From Euglena gracilis (lineage: Eukaryota): a stretch of 64,000 nt of DNA. The notes under the pieces are model-generated. The model was not told where the DNA came from, made no database searches, and saw only the letters and a program-made list of their open reading frames with translations. Below are positions 51,572 to 64,000 of this stretch, piece by piece; the first letter of the stretch is position 1, and the number at the start of each line of letters is the position of its first letter. Position numbers and translations under genes: made by a program. The stretch is from NCBI GenBank assembly GCA_039621445.1, contig CP154954.1, forward strand, positions 13,076,716-13,140,715, read 5' to 3'.

Positions 51572-54500
51572 CACAAACCGCCAGTGCATTGTTTCCGGCA
51601 GTTCCGCGGGAGCTGGTCACTAGGCTGCTGGACGTGCAGGAGAAATGGAAGGAGGACCGGAAGGCTTTAGTCGACCTGCAAACCGACCTGCTGTACGTGT
51701 TGGATCAGCTGGAGGAGCAGCGGAGGCAGGTGTGGTTCCTGGATGGACTGGTTCGTCAAACCCTCAAAAAAGGGCGTGCCAAAAATGAATTCAGGAATTG
51801 CATGTAATGTTAAGAAGAAGATATAATTTCATGTATATTAATATTAAAACTGGTTCGATGTTGTATATTATTCTTAAAAATGACAACATTCATTCATCAG
51901 AGATGTTCGTGGATTCCCACTGCGAACGTGTATCAGCCCACATATTTTGTATAAGGTTGGTGTCCTCGCATCAGAAAGGGGTTTAGCCATCCCTCTTTTC
52001 TCCCCAAGGCAGAATGAGAATCCCGATGGGGGCAATCGACCACCATCGCTCTCCTTGGTTGGCAGGGGGGGGGGGCTCCCACCACCCCTAACCCTAACCC
52101 CTTCCAGTGGCGCCGATCTTTTCAAAATTATTTTTGTCAAATTTTTCCATTTTGGTACCGATCCATTTTTACTGGCAACGGTGTGGGTCGTAGGTCCGAC
52201 TACTGCCCCACCACCTTCCCTCCCTGGGAGGTTTGTGGATTCGGCCAAATGTGTGTCTTTGAAAACCCTTTCTTTTCGTCCAGACTTTTTTTGACATCCC
52301 AACCACCTGTCCATGGCACGCGGGGAACAGTGATTTTATTAAGCCGAAGGGGAAGATGATAAAAGATGAAAAACAATCAGCAGAAAAATAGAAAATTTGA
52401 GATCAAATGAATGAAGTGGTGTATTTGCCATTCGGGATTGTGCAAGGAAGAGAAGGGTACCCACCGGGCACCTGGGCTCTTCACAGTTGGGGGTCGCCTC
52501 ACCTTTTTCCCGGCCAAGAACTCCCAGCTGGGCTGCAGAATCTGCAGAACCAGGAGTGGAAGTAAAGTTTTTAACACCTCGGCACAGTGTGCCAATTTTT
52601 TTTTGCAAATGGGATCCGATATTGTCAAAAATGCTGTTTTTTTGCGAAAGTGTTAACGTATTTTCCTGAAAAGATTGGCAACGACATTTAAAGTGACCTC
52701 TAAATAATACAATGATTGCTTGAGAGGAACCCCAAACAGGCTCTTTTTTAAGACCCCTGGGGGAACGGGAGGCGACCCGCCGGGGGTAGAACCCCAAAAA
52801 ACCAGGCCACCTGAATGAATTTCTCAGAATTTTTCCGGTGTTTTGTATGAAATCTATATTATATTTATATGTAGAAAAGTATATTGTATTACTGCGGTAT
52901 GCTTATGTCGAAACTGGCCCAGCAAACCTCCCAGCAGGGTATTTCACAGGGGGCTGACCGGCAGGTAAATGGTGGTAAACCCTCCCCCCAAATAATAACC
53001 CACCAAATAATACCCCCCAAAATAGCTTCAGAAAAGGTGCCAACCCAGCAGAATGTCTCTGATTATGGGTCCCAGTCGGGTCCAACCCACCGGCCAGATG
53101 GACTGGACCACTCCGTTTTTCAGGTGGATGGGGGCCCCTGGTGTTTTTTTTTGGTGGTATTTTTGTCAACGTTGGCGTTGCTGCTTTGTGTTTTGGTCGG
53201 CAGGCTGCTCGGCATCAAACCGCAGTCATGGCAGAGCAGCGCCGGGTCGCGCGCTACGAATGGCAGACAGAAGCGCTTGCCCAGGTGGCGATGAATGCGG
53301 TCGGTTCCGCCATTGGGTATGTGCCCCTGTGACCCAGCTCTGTGTGCTGTGTGTGCATGCGACTGGGTGTGCGCACATGTGTGGGTGGGTGGGTGGGTGT
53401 GGGTATGAGTGGGGGTTGTTTGGGTGGGTGGGTGGGTGCGGGTGTGTTGTGTTTGTTGGTGTGGGTGTGGGTGTGTTGTGTTTGTGTTTGTGGGTGTGGG
53501 GGTGGGTGGGTGGGTGTGGGTGTGAGTGGGGGTTGTTTGGGTGTGGGTGGGTGGGTGTTGGTGGGTGCTGTGTTTGTGTGTGCACGCATGTGTGTGTGTG
53601 TGGTTGGTGGGTCGGCAGGTGGGTGGGTGCTGTGGGCACGTGTGTGTGCCATTTGTTGTCCCCTTCAACATGCCATATGAACCACCAACAACTGTAACTT
53701 TTCAACCCTCATTCTGCCATTTGGTTGTTTTCACCGTTTTGCTTTTTCAAAACCATATGATCGGCCTTCCCCCAGGACTGGGCACCGCGTGGTGGTGCAC
53801 ATCTTGACCCAGGAGCAGGTCCAGCAGCCCTCAACATCCATTTTTCTGGGTAGAGGGAACGGTGATGACACAATGGGAATTCAGCAGAATTTCATTTGCT
53901 CCTTGCAAGGTCGAACCCGAAATTTCAGTTCCCCCAGAGGAATTTCTGCATTGGCACCTCTGTTTTGTCCCTCATATGCTGTTTTCAGATTCATTTAAAA
54001 ACCCCCCAATTATAAAGCCCCCCCCCCCGGCTTTATATTTTGACGGATTTCAAGACCCTCAGAGGGGGCTTTATATTTGGGGGGGGGGGCTTTAAATTTG
54101 AGGGGGAAATCAGATTTTTTCTGATGGCCTCTATGACGTTCGGCAGCCTTTAATTGTGGCCAAATGCCAATTTTATGCCAAATTTCCGTGTGTGTGTGTG
54201 TGTGTCTTATTTTCCCAAATAATCCGCAATTATTATCCAAAATGGAGCATTTTTGGTGAAAAAAAAATGTTGTGTCCACCCAAAATTTTTAATTTTTTCT
54301 TGAATGGCACCAGTGTCTGGCTCCCATCGGGGGGGGGGGGAGGCTTTATATTTGGGCGGCAAAACCAAACACCGCAGGGGGGGCTTTATATTTGGGGGGT
54401 TTACCTTACAAAATTTGAAATACAGAGCTTTGATATCTTCGTCCCAATTATTTGCATTTTTTTTGCTCTGAATGTGTCAGGCGAGACGGCAGCGGAATCA

Positions 54501-56294
54501 GCAACATTTCTTGTCCTGCCGCCTGGAGAGAATGGAAAGTGCGCTGATGGCGCGCGAGGACCGATTCAACCCAACAGTGGCCCAGGCGTGTCCGAGAATT
54601 GAGTTTATTTGGATGATTTCCACCCAGTTTGTGGGATCAGGTTCATTCCCCTCCCCATTTTTAATTCCTCTGAAGTCCATTGCCTGGTTGTGTCGACCCC
54701 CCCACAATATTGTGTTTTGTTAAGTTTATTTTTTCCGAATAGTTGTCCCTAACGAGTGATTTTCATTTTGTTTCATATATATTCATCGCAAAAAATGAAG
54801 GAGTCAAACCCACACGTGATGACACACGCAGCATGCACACACAGCGTACACATTCACTTGTGAATTTGCGGGCATTTTCATATGCACATGTACATACACA
54901 CATGTGTTCATACACAGACACATTTTCACACACGCGTGCACGTGTGCGCATTAATATATTATTAAATGCTGCCAGCGAAGCTTCTCATTGTTCTCTTTCT
55001 CCTGCCTTCCATTTCCAGGGCGAAGCCCCCAACCAAACCGCCACTGCCTTGGTAGGAGCCGCCATCACCGCCATGCAGGTGTGCCGACCACGTCTCAGAG
55101 GGCTATCACTCCTGGAACGAAAGGCGAGGGGCTGGAAGACGAGTGTGCGAGACGGAAATGTTTGTCTCCATTTAGGAATTTTTGGAGAATATTCCGAAAA
55201 GTACATTTTTTGCATTTTTGCATGATTTTTGGACCTAAAACCGCCAGACAACTGGAAGTTGCGTGTTGCTCATTTTGGGCCAATTTTGTATGGCTGTTGC
55301 ATAACAAACTATAAGTGCCTGCAACTGGGTGCAGTTTGTCTGTTTATGTTTTGTATTGTATTTATTTGGTTTTTGATTGTATTTTTTTTGTATTTTTGCA
55401 TTTCTTTTCCAGCAAAGTGTCGAAGGCTCTTTGTTTAATTATGCTTCTTTATTCTTTGGCAAAAAATATATTTAAAATATTAAAAATGTGTGAATATTTT
55501 CCCAAAACAAATCCATCGGGTTGGTGATGATTACAATTTTATAAAATGTGGGGTGAAAAATAAAATGTGTTTTGATCTGCCAAGTGGGTCTTGCCAAGTG
55601 GGTTGCCACCAGGTATTTTCTTCAACATTACCGCCCTACCAGAGCGGGTGAGTGGTTTGCACGCGAAAAAAGTGGTATGGAAGTCCTGCCAAATATTTCC
55701 GTTCCGTTTTGGCCAAAACTGCCAAATTTTTCCACTTCGTTTTTGGGAAATTTTTGAAGATTCCCCCTTTTTTTGATGGAGTTCGTTCAAAAAAAAAGTG
55801 CTCTGGTCTTTGATTGTCAGTGACCTGTAATTTTTTTTCTTTCAGAATACATATCAGGCTTTCTTGTTTCAAAATGTCTGGGCCGTTTATGACTTGCTGA
55901 TGCGATTCAGATGTGTGTTTTACTTTGAATTTGGGTATGGTGAGGCCTCCAATGAGTAGTCCCATATTATATATATTCAAAGGTTCTGGCATCCATGTTT
56001 TTTGGCACCAATCCCAATGTAATGAACGACATACTCTCTCCCCTCTGCCTGTCATAGGCAGACGGGAACACTGTCACTGCGTCCTCACTCCTCACAGTGG
56101 TGGTCAGTGCCCTTCAGGTGTGTTCTTGCTTTGTGCTTTTTTGTTTTCCTTTGCTGAACTGCACCCAACCGATATATGTGGTTCGAAGTAAATTATCAAA
56201 GAACCATAACCTCCCCCCAAATTAACATCCCCCAACAATACATTCATACATACATACATTCATACATACATACATACCTACATACATACATACA

Positions 56295-56328
<34 letters not shown>

Positions 56329-57840
56329 CATACATACACACATACATACATACATACATACATACATACATACATACATACATACATACATACATACATA
56401 CATACATACATACATACATACATACATACATACATACATACATACATACATACATACATGCATGCATGCATGCATACATACACACATACATACGTACATA
56501 TTTGCATGCATGTGAGCATGTATGTGTGTCATGCGCATACGTGCGTGCGTGCGTGCATGCATGCATGTTTACAATCATGCATACATACTCCATGTGCACA
56601 TATTTATATACATATGTTACATATGTATGAATGCATACACATGTGCCTCCCCCCCCCCTTGTCGTTGACACGGCGTGTCGTTGACACACCCCCCGTGTCA
56701 ACGACACTTTTCTGGAACATTACCTATTGAATCCCAGTGACATGGCATGCCGTTGACACACCCCCCGTCAACGGCACTCTCCTGGAACATTGGCGTGTCA
56801 AACGACAATGGGGGGGGTACGCGCACAAACACATATACACCGTTCCTCTGCAGCTCGTTAGGGGACCGCAGTCCCCTACCGCAGCGAAGGACGTGCGGGA
56901 GACGGTGGCGGAGCATGTGCTGCAGATCCGGGGTGAGGTAGCCCCGGCGCTTGGGAAGTTCGCGGAGCTGTTCAGCTACAACCAGCCTTTTGTGAATGTG
57001 TGTCACAATTTGGTAGGGGTGATCGATATTGCGATTTTGACACGGTTTCCCCCAATTTTCGCAATTAGCTTTTATTAGCTCTTTAGCCAACAAATTTCCA
57101 TCGTTTTCACACTATTTTCCCAGCGTTATAATATTTTTTGATTTTTTTGAAATATTAAAACGACAATTGAAATCAAACACCGGTGCATAATGAATAGCAT
57201 TTTCGTTGAAAGGTGAATTTTCTCTGTTCCAGCAGAAACGTGGAAATTTCTGATATCAATTTTCCCAGAAATTGTTTTGAAGCCCCCCCCCCCAGGCGAG
57301 GTCTGCGTTCCACCAGCGGTTTGCACAGCTTGTCCATGTCGAGTCACTGCCTGTGCACTCCCTCCCAATGGGGAACAGCTTCCAGAAATGTTGGCAATGG
57401 CATCGCTGTGGACAATTTTGTTATCAATGTGTTCGGAAAACCAATCACATTCCATTGCACATACCACTTTTCTCTGACTGCTTTGTGCTTCTAATTGCAT
57501 CATGATTGTCATGCCGTTTAAGGAATGACACATCGGAAGCAGTTCTCATCCCCGGGGAAAAGGTGCAATTTCGATTTTCTATGAATTCTGTTTTATTCCA
57601 GATTTTCATCAATGTTTTCATTTCGGGCTCTTCGTTGTTTTGCTCTTGCTGACCATCCCCCCCCCCCTCGATTCGTTGTCTTCTTTCCACCACCCCGGCC
57701 ACTCTCTTGTGCGCCCCCCCCCCCGCCTCCGCCCCCCCCCCCAGACCGTCGGTGGGCTGCAGCGGTCCCTGACCGCGGCGCTGGACGCCATCCTGACCGC
57801 CATGGTGCACTGCCAATGCCGCTCCGCGGAGCAGACCATG
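50986..57840 (+). CDS. Multi-exon segment of an uncharacterised, partly coiled-coil-like protein. Exons ~50986-51127, 51602-51729, 53204-53316, 53776-53818, 54481-54585, 55019-55078, 56854-56991, 57745-57840
   Basis: Phase-consistent GT-AG chain: G|GTCTGC..CAG|TT (phase 1), CAG|GTGTGG..CAG|GCT (0), GG|GTATGT..CAG|G (2), CAG|GTCCAG..CAG|GCG (0). Reads ...[80 protein letters not shown]... Additional small exons may be missed. Confidence 0.75.
51150..51570. repeat. (CA)n-rich intronic microsatellite
   Basis: Seen directly. Confidence 0.9.
53999..54402. mobile_element. TIR MITE, probably TA-duplicating
   Basis: AACCCCCCAATTATAAAGCCCC at the left, GGGGCTTTATATTTGGGGGGTT at the right, with internal copies of the same motif. 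Confidence 0.65.
56238..56640. repeat. (CATA)n microsatellite, degenerate at the 3' end
   Basis: Seen directly. Confidence 0.95.
56646..56818. mobile_element. Short TIR MITE (GTTGACAC family)
   Basis: CCCCCCCTTGTCGTTGACACG ... CGTGTCAAACGACAATGGGGGGGG. Related fragments at ~19690, 28463-28535 and 46185-46230. Confidence 0.65.
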
Positions 57841-57899
57841 GGCCAGGCCGCGTGCCGGGGCACTGGAGGACTGGAGGAGGGTCCACTGGGCTTTTCACT

Positions 57900-58150
57900 C
57901 GGGGTTTTTTTTTTTAAGCCTTGGACCCCCAGGGAGAGGTGGGGGTGGATCTGGACCACCCCCCTCCGGGGGGGTCCCCCCAGAGTGGGATATGCTCTCC
58001 GGCGTTGAAGGCGCCGAAATTTTTTTGGAAAGGTGTGATTTTTAACAGTTTTCGCGATTTTTAGCCATTTTAGGGGACAGTGTCCCCCGGGACCCCCCCC
58101 CCCGCCCTCCCCAGGAGTGGGCTGTGGGGGGACCCCCCTCCCCACCCCTG
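57900..58150. mobile_element. hAT-like MITE (family B)
   Basis: Ends CGGGG/CCCTG, TSD TTTTCACT/TTTCCACT, family-B body. Confidence 0.75.
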
Positions 58151-59286
58151 TTTCCACTAGCCTTGGACTAGGTCCGATCCCCCTTGATTACTGCAAACCT
58201 TAAGCAGAAGCCTGTTCTGGCATCTGCCACTGTCCTCATCTTTAATGCATTGCAAATCAACATGTGCAGAACTAGAGTTTTCGGCAAAATCTGACTCCCT
58301 ACCAAGAAACCAACACATAAGGTGTGGGGGGGGGCGGGTATGCTGGGCTATTGGATAAGTTTTCAAAAACAAAGTCATTCTTCAATAATAACCTTTTAGC
58401 AGCGAAGACTCGGACATTAGAAGAATCCGTTCGATTCTATTGCCAAATCCCGATTCCAGGCACGACAGAAATCGTCGCAGGTGAAGCTATTTATAGCTAA
58501 CCGGTGAAGAATTTATCAAAGGAACAAAAAATCATTTTTCAGGATTTATGTGTGTGTGTGTTTTGGGGAAAGGACATGTTGAAGACTCCTGCTGGAGCAT
58601 GCATGTTTCCAAATGAAAAAAATTGAGGGCTTTTGAAAATGCCGAATGGGCTTTCAATGTCAAAGTTCGTCAAAATTTTCAAAACGCCAAACTTCATTGC
58701 CCTTGGAGTAATTGACGCAGGGTCGGGGCTTTAAAATGATTATCCTCATTTTCAACCATAATGCGACCCCTTCCGCTGGGTGCGGGTACGCGGTGACATG
58801 GTTCGGGCCAGACACCCAGGAGTCGGGCTGAAGGGGAAACCCTGTGGGGTGTGTGGGAGGAGGGGTCCGACAATTTCCCACCCCCATCGTGTCGTCCCCT
58901 CCCCCACTCCCTGCTATTTCCTTTTTTGAACTGCTGTCGTGGGTGGGGGTTCGGACCCAGGCTATTTTGAAACTCGAAAGCCTCCCCCGGGGGGAGGGGA
59001 GTGGGTTGGTGGGTCCGTGGTATGGGTTTCGGCGCAAAGCGCCAGAAAAATGTGGGAAATGCCCTCCGACGGCCCGATTTTTGGGGTTCTCCTGGAGATG
59101 CTGTGCCACGTGGGTGACCGCCCCCCCCCCCCCGGGGGGGAGTCCTACCAGGGGGGGGCCTGGTAGGACTCCCCAGGCGCATTGCACACCGGGCCTTCCT
59201 TGGCCCCACCCCCCGCCCCACCCCCCCCCGCCCCACCCCCCCCCCCCCGCCCCAACCCCCCCCGGCCCCCAACGCCGCCTGCCGCG

Positions 59287-62200
59287 GAGATGGCGAAGAG
59301 CCTGCGGCTCACCTCCACGAAGGGCGACGAGCAGGCGCGCCGCCGCCGCCGGTCCAGCGTGTGGGAGTCGTTTGAGGAGTCTCGCCCAGGCCGCCGGCCG
59401 GTGACGGAGCAGAGCGGCAGAAGGGCCTCCTTTTTGTGAATGACCTTATTTTGTGTCGCTGTTTGGGGTCCCTCCGAAGTGCAGGGGTGGTGTTGGCCGG
59501 ATGCGTGCGGGTTTTATTTGCCTGGTTTTGTCTGGGTGGTTCCCCGGTTGTTGCATTGGGCATCAGGCTGTAGTTTAGTCGGGTCAGGCCGACCCCACCC
59601 CAGGGGGGGGGGGGGTGCCTGCCTGGGCAGGCTCTCCAAGACTTCCAATCCGACCCCCCAGGGGGGGGGCACACGGCCAAAAGTGCCCTAGCACAGCCCC
59701 GGCGCCAAAGGCGCCTGGGAGCCAAAAAAAATAGCCTATTTTCAAAGGAATGTGCCTGGGCACAGGCCGAAATCCGACCCCCGGGGTAGTGCCTGCCTGG
59801 GCAGGCACTCAAAGGCACTCCGGACCCCCCCCTCCCCCCCGTGGTTGGTAAAAAAAACAGCCTTTTGGACATCGTTTTGGGCATTCGCCAGGTCAATTTC
59901 CAGATGGCCATTGCAGCGTCTTTTCAGTCCCTCCATAGATGTTTGCCTTCGCTTCTACTGCTATTTTGTTTCGCATTATTGGAGGGAGGGCCTCGCACTC
60001 CCAGTCGCCGCTGCCTGGCCGGCGCACGGTGACCACCAAGTCGGGCAGCATGCGGCGCATCACAGAAGCGGCATGCAGTTGCGTTTCTGTAGATTTTGCC
60101 AATGCATCCCCACCCCCCGCGAGGACATCTCTGCCTTCATACCGGAGGTGTCCCAGGTGCTGTTTGGAATCATTTGTTGGTATTGACGGTGTCTTGTCCC
60201 TTTTTTGGTGTGAGAAGTCATCGCGAAACGTTGCCGTCACACGTCCAACCTGTGCACACCGTGCTTGGCCTCTGGGTACCCCAGCACCGTGTCATCTCCA
60301 CAGAGGCAGAAGGGGGTCTCGGCGTTGGAGCAGGCGACCAGCTTGAACAAGACGCTGCAGGTGCTGTACCTGGAACCCAGGCCGCGGCCCGCGCAGGGCA
60401 TCGTGGGGGCGCATTACTACCCTGGCTCATCCAAGGCACTGGTTGTTGTTGACGCACGGCACACGCACGCGCTCACACACCACACATGCTGACGCACACA
60501 ACACTCAACACACAACACGCACAACTCTCTCTCACACACACATCTCGCACACAACACATAACACACAGACACACACGCAACACGCAACACACACACACAC
60601 ACGCAACACAACACGCAGACCCAACACACACTCACACACATCCACAGATGCATGTACACACACACACACGTGCTGAATAGAGCCCCTTCCCGAAGCGACT
60701 AAAAGGACCCCTTCCGAGGAGGAGGAAAAAGCTTGGTAAATACACGATGTTCGTCTGAGGCCTGAGATGAGGAGTCAGAGCACATTTCTTCCATCGATGC
60801 AGGGTGGGCCAGCACAAGATGTTTTTTTTTACGAAAGGTATTTACGTTGACCACGGAGCCGAAGGCCAAACTTTACCAAACTTTCAAGTAAAGTCAATTA
60901 ATTTTGCTCCATGTTGGCCAAATGGCCAGAGTGATGGCCCCTGTGGGAGGAGTGGGGCTGCAGCAACGTGCCGCTGCGTGCGGGCGTTGCAGGAGAACGC
61001 ACTGCAGTTGCACCAACGGCTGAGCGCCGTGATGCAGACGGTCAGCCCAGCCCTCGCGAGGCGTGTGCCTCGTGGGTCAGCCCCATCCGTCCCCCCCTCG
61101 CCGGTGGGCTCGACGCGAGGATATAATAGTACAATGGTTTTGGGTGGGGGCCACCAACCGCCCTCCCAAAATAAAACCCTCCAAAATAATACCCAGAGCA
61201 ATACTTTTTTTTATATAAAAAAAGGGTTGACACCCCCCAAAATGAGACCTGATATTTTCATTGGTTTCATTTCAAGTTTTTTGTTGGGTGGCGTCCGATG
61301 CCTGATTTGTCGGTCTCCTTGGGCTCACAGCGGGGGCAGGGCCTCTCATTGGCTGTTGTGTGAGGGTCCAGTAAAAATGTGCTGGTCCACATTTTTGGAT
61401 CAGCCAAAACAAGGCCGGAAGGATTAAGGAAAAAATTCGTCCATCATAAACGTTCTTTTACTGCACATCCTGAACCGCAAGTTCCCCGTCAAGCAACAAA
61501 CCCTCATTGACACCTGATTGCAACCCCAGCCAAAGGCCTCCCACCCAGGGTTTGATATAAGGAGGGCGTACATGGTTTAGGTGGGGGGTGTCCCCACCCC
61601 CCCCCCCCTCCTGGCCCGCAGGGGAGGTCCGGAACGCCCCCCCCCACCTGCCAGGGGGGTCCGGACCGACCCTGGGGGGGTATCCGGGACCCCCCTCAAA
61701 AAGGGTCATTTTTTTCCTCCGGCGCTTCGCGCCGAGAATTTTTTGCCTTTTTGGCACATTTTTGTCCAAAAAGTGCCCAAAATGGCACTTTTGGTCGTTT
61801 TGGGGGTCAAATATTTTCGGTCACTCAGACCGCGCCACTGTTTAGATGGGGGGGGGTGTCCCCCCCACCCCCCCCCTCCTGGCCCGCAGGGGGTGGGGTC
61901 CGGACCACCCCCCCCCCACCTGTCCTTATATCGAACCCTGCTCCCCCCCACGCATTCGAATGCTGCTTTTCAGGCCCCGGCCGGCCCACCCCCGCCGGGG
62001 GGTGCCCAGGCACTCCGGGGCCTCCGTTCCCACCGCAGCCCATCGTCCGCCGCCGAGGACGGGCCGCCGCCGCTGCGAGCCACGCCGCGCAGCCGCCACC
62101 AGGGCGCCGCGTAAGACGAGGGGCACCCCATTACCGGGGGGGGGACTTGTGCGGGAAAAAATGTTGTGGGAAGAATTCTGGACGAAATTTTGTCCAGGAT

Positions 62201-63105
62201 TTTTCCCGCCTTTTTATAGATCCGTCCAGGATTTTTCCCGGCAGATTTAAGGAAAGTCCAATGTCCTCCAGTGAATGACCCCCCAAAAAAATCTTCGGCG
62301 CTGCGCGCCGATTCGCAGCAGGAATATTCATAATTTATAAGTTGTGTGCCAGGAACCGCTTCATGTCTGTCAACACAGCGGCCTTATCACCCCAGCGGAA
62401 CGTACGAATGTGCGCTTTCTGTTTGGTTTCACAGGTGCAGCCATGCTTTCTCATTCAATTGTCGGTTGGCGCAAAACCTTTGTGTTTTTTTTTTCAGCTG
62501 TCTTATATTTTTTCCCACCTGGTTTAAGCGAGCGTTCAGGACTTTTCCCGGCATTTTAAGGATTCGTCCAATATTTTTCCCGGCAGAATTTTTCCCGTCG
62601 GCAATTGTTCCCGGTCAGATTCCCCCCCCCCCCGGTACCGGGGGTAGGGGTTCCAGCCAACGGCTTTTTCCCAGCCTGGACCCCCCCTTTTTTTGTTTGT
62701 AGCCACCACGAGTCGAAAGGGCAGCTCGGCAGCGATTTTTTGCTTTGGTGAGGGTGCAAAAAAAATGGGTCAAAAATGGCAAAAATACAGGTCAGAACAG
62801 GATGGCCAGGGCAAATTTGGGATCAGACAGTCATTTTTTTCATAATTAGCACATTTTTCAGGGCAGCATTGCAGAGTCGACATTTTGCACCCATTTCAGC
62901 CCGGGAACCCCGGTGGGGGGGGGGGGGTAGAGGGTCAGGAATCGTTGTCCCGCCAGCCTAACGCTGCCACGCCTCTTCCCGCCTTAACCCCTTCCCTCCA
63001 GGGGGCGGAGAGGTTAAGCGACCCCCTGGCCGCAACGCCGCCCTCCTGGCAGCCCTGGCCAACGACGCCGCCAGCATGGGCAAACTGGCTGGGGCGCTGG
63101 ATCGG
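59287..63105 (+). CDS. Continuation of the gene. Exons about 59287-59400, 60005-60070, 60304-60434, 60964-61040, 61974-62096, 63034-63105. The gene continues past the window end
   Basis: GC3-rich islands [110 protein letters not shown]. Some internal boundaries are ambiguous. Confidence 0.6.
59564..59864. mobile_element. hAT-like MITE related to family A
   Basis: Ends CAGGCTG.../...CAGCCTT, TSD TTGGGCAT/TTGGACAT. Shares internal GGTGCCTGC and GGTTGGTAA motifs with 4562-4831. Confidence 0.75.
61546..61940. mobile_element. hAT-like MITE
   Basis: 18-bp TIR CAGGGTTTGATATAAGGA/TCCTTATATCGAACCCTG, TSD CTCCCACC/CTCCCCCC. Confidence 0.85.
62097..63033 (+). mobile_element. Predicted nonconventional intron that is also a hAT-like TIR element (62100-63028) plus one TSD copy
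   Basis: GCCGCCAC|CAGGGCGCCGCGTAA ... TTAAGCGACCCCCTG|GCCGCAAC. TIR 12/15, TSD 7/8, in-frame exon join. Confidence 0.55.
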
Positions 63106-63121
63106 GTATGTGCGCTGGTGT

Positions 63122-64000
<879 letters not shown>

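Overview
Eukaryotic nuclear DNA, most likely from a euglenid (Euglena-like). Short GC3-rich + strand exons (about 40-220 bp) sit among long introns packed with microsatellites and small terminal-inverted-repeat (TIR) elements. The exons belong to one very long gene or a few genes with no recognisable domain. Introns are a mix of conventional GT-AG and euglenid-type nonconventional ones (stem pairing +4..+6 with -8..-6). At least nine non-autonomous elements have CAG...CTG-type ends and 8-bp target-site duplications (TSDs; hAT-like). A second class duplicates TA (Tc1/mariner-like). Main observation: the nonconventional intron geometry (3 nt before CAG plus 5 nt after CTG = 8 nt) equals a hAT-type element plus exactly one TSD copy. 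One predicted intron (62097-63033) still keeps a 15-bp imperfect TIR and a 7/8 TSD, which suggests hAT MITEs act as seamless intron generators. All splice models were made by eye and need RNA-seq. The supplied ORF track is almost entirely repeat-derived noise.
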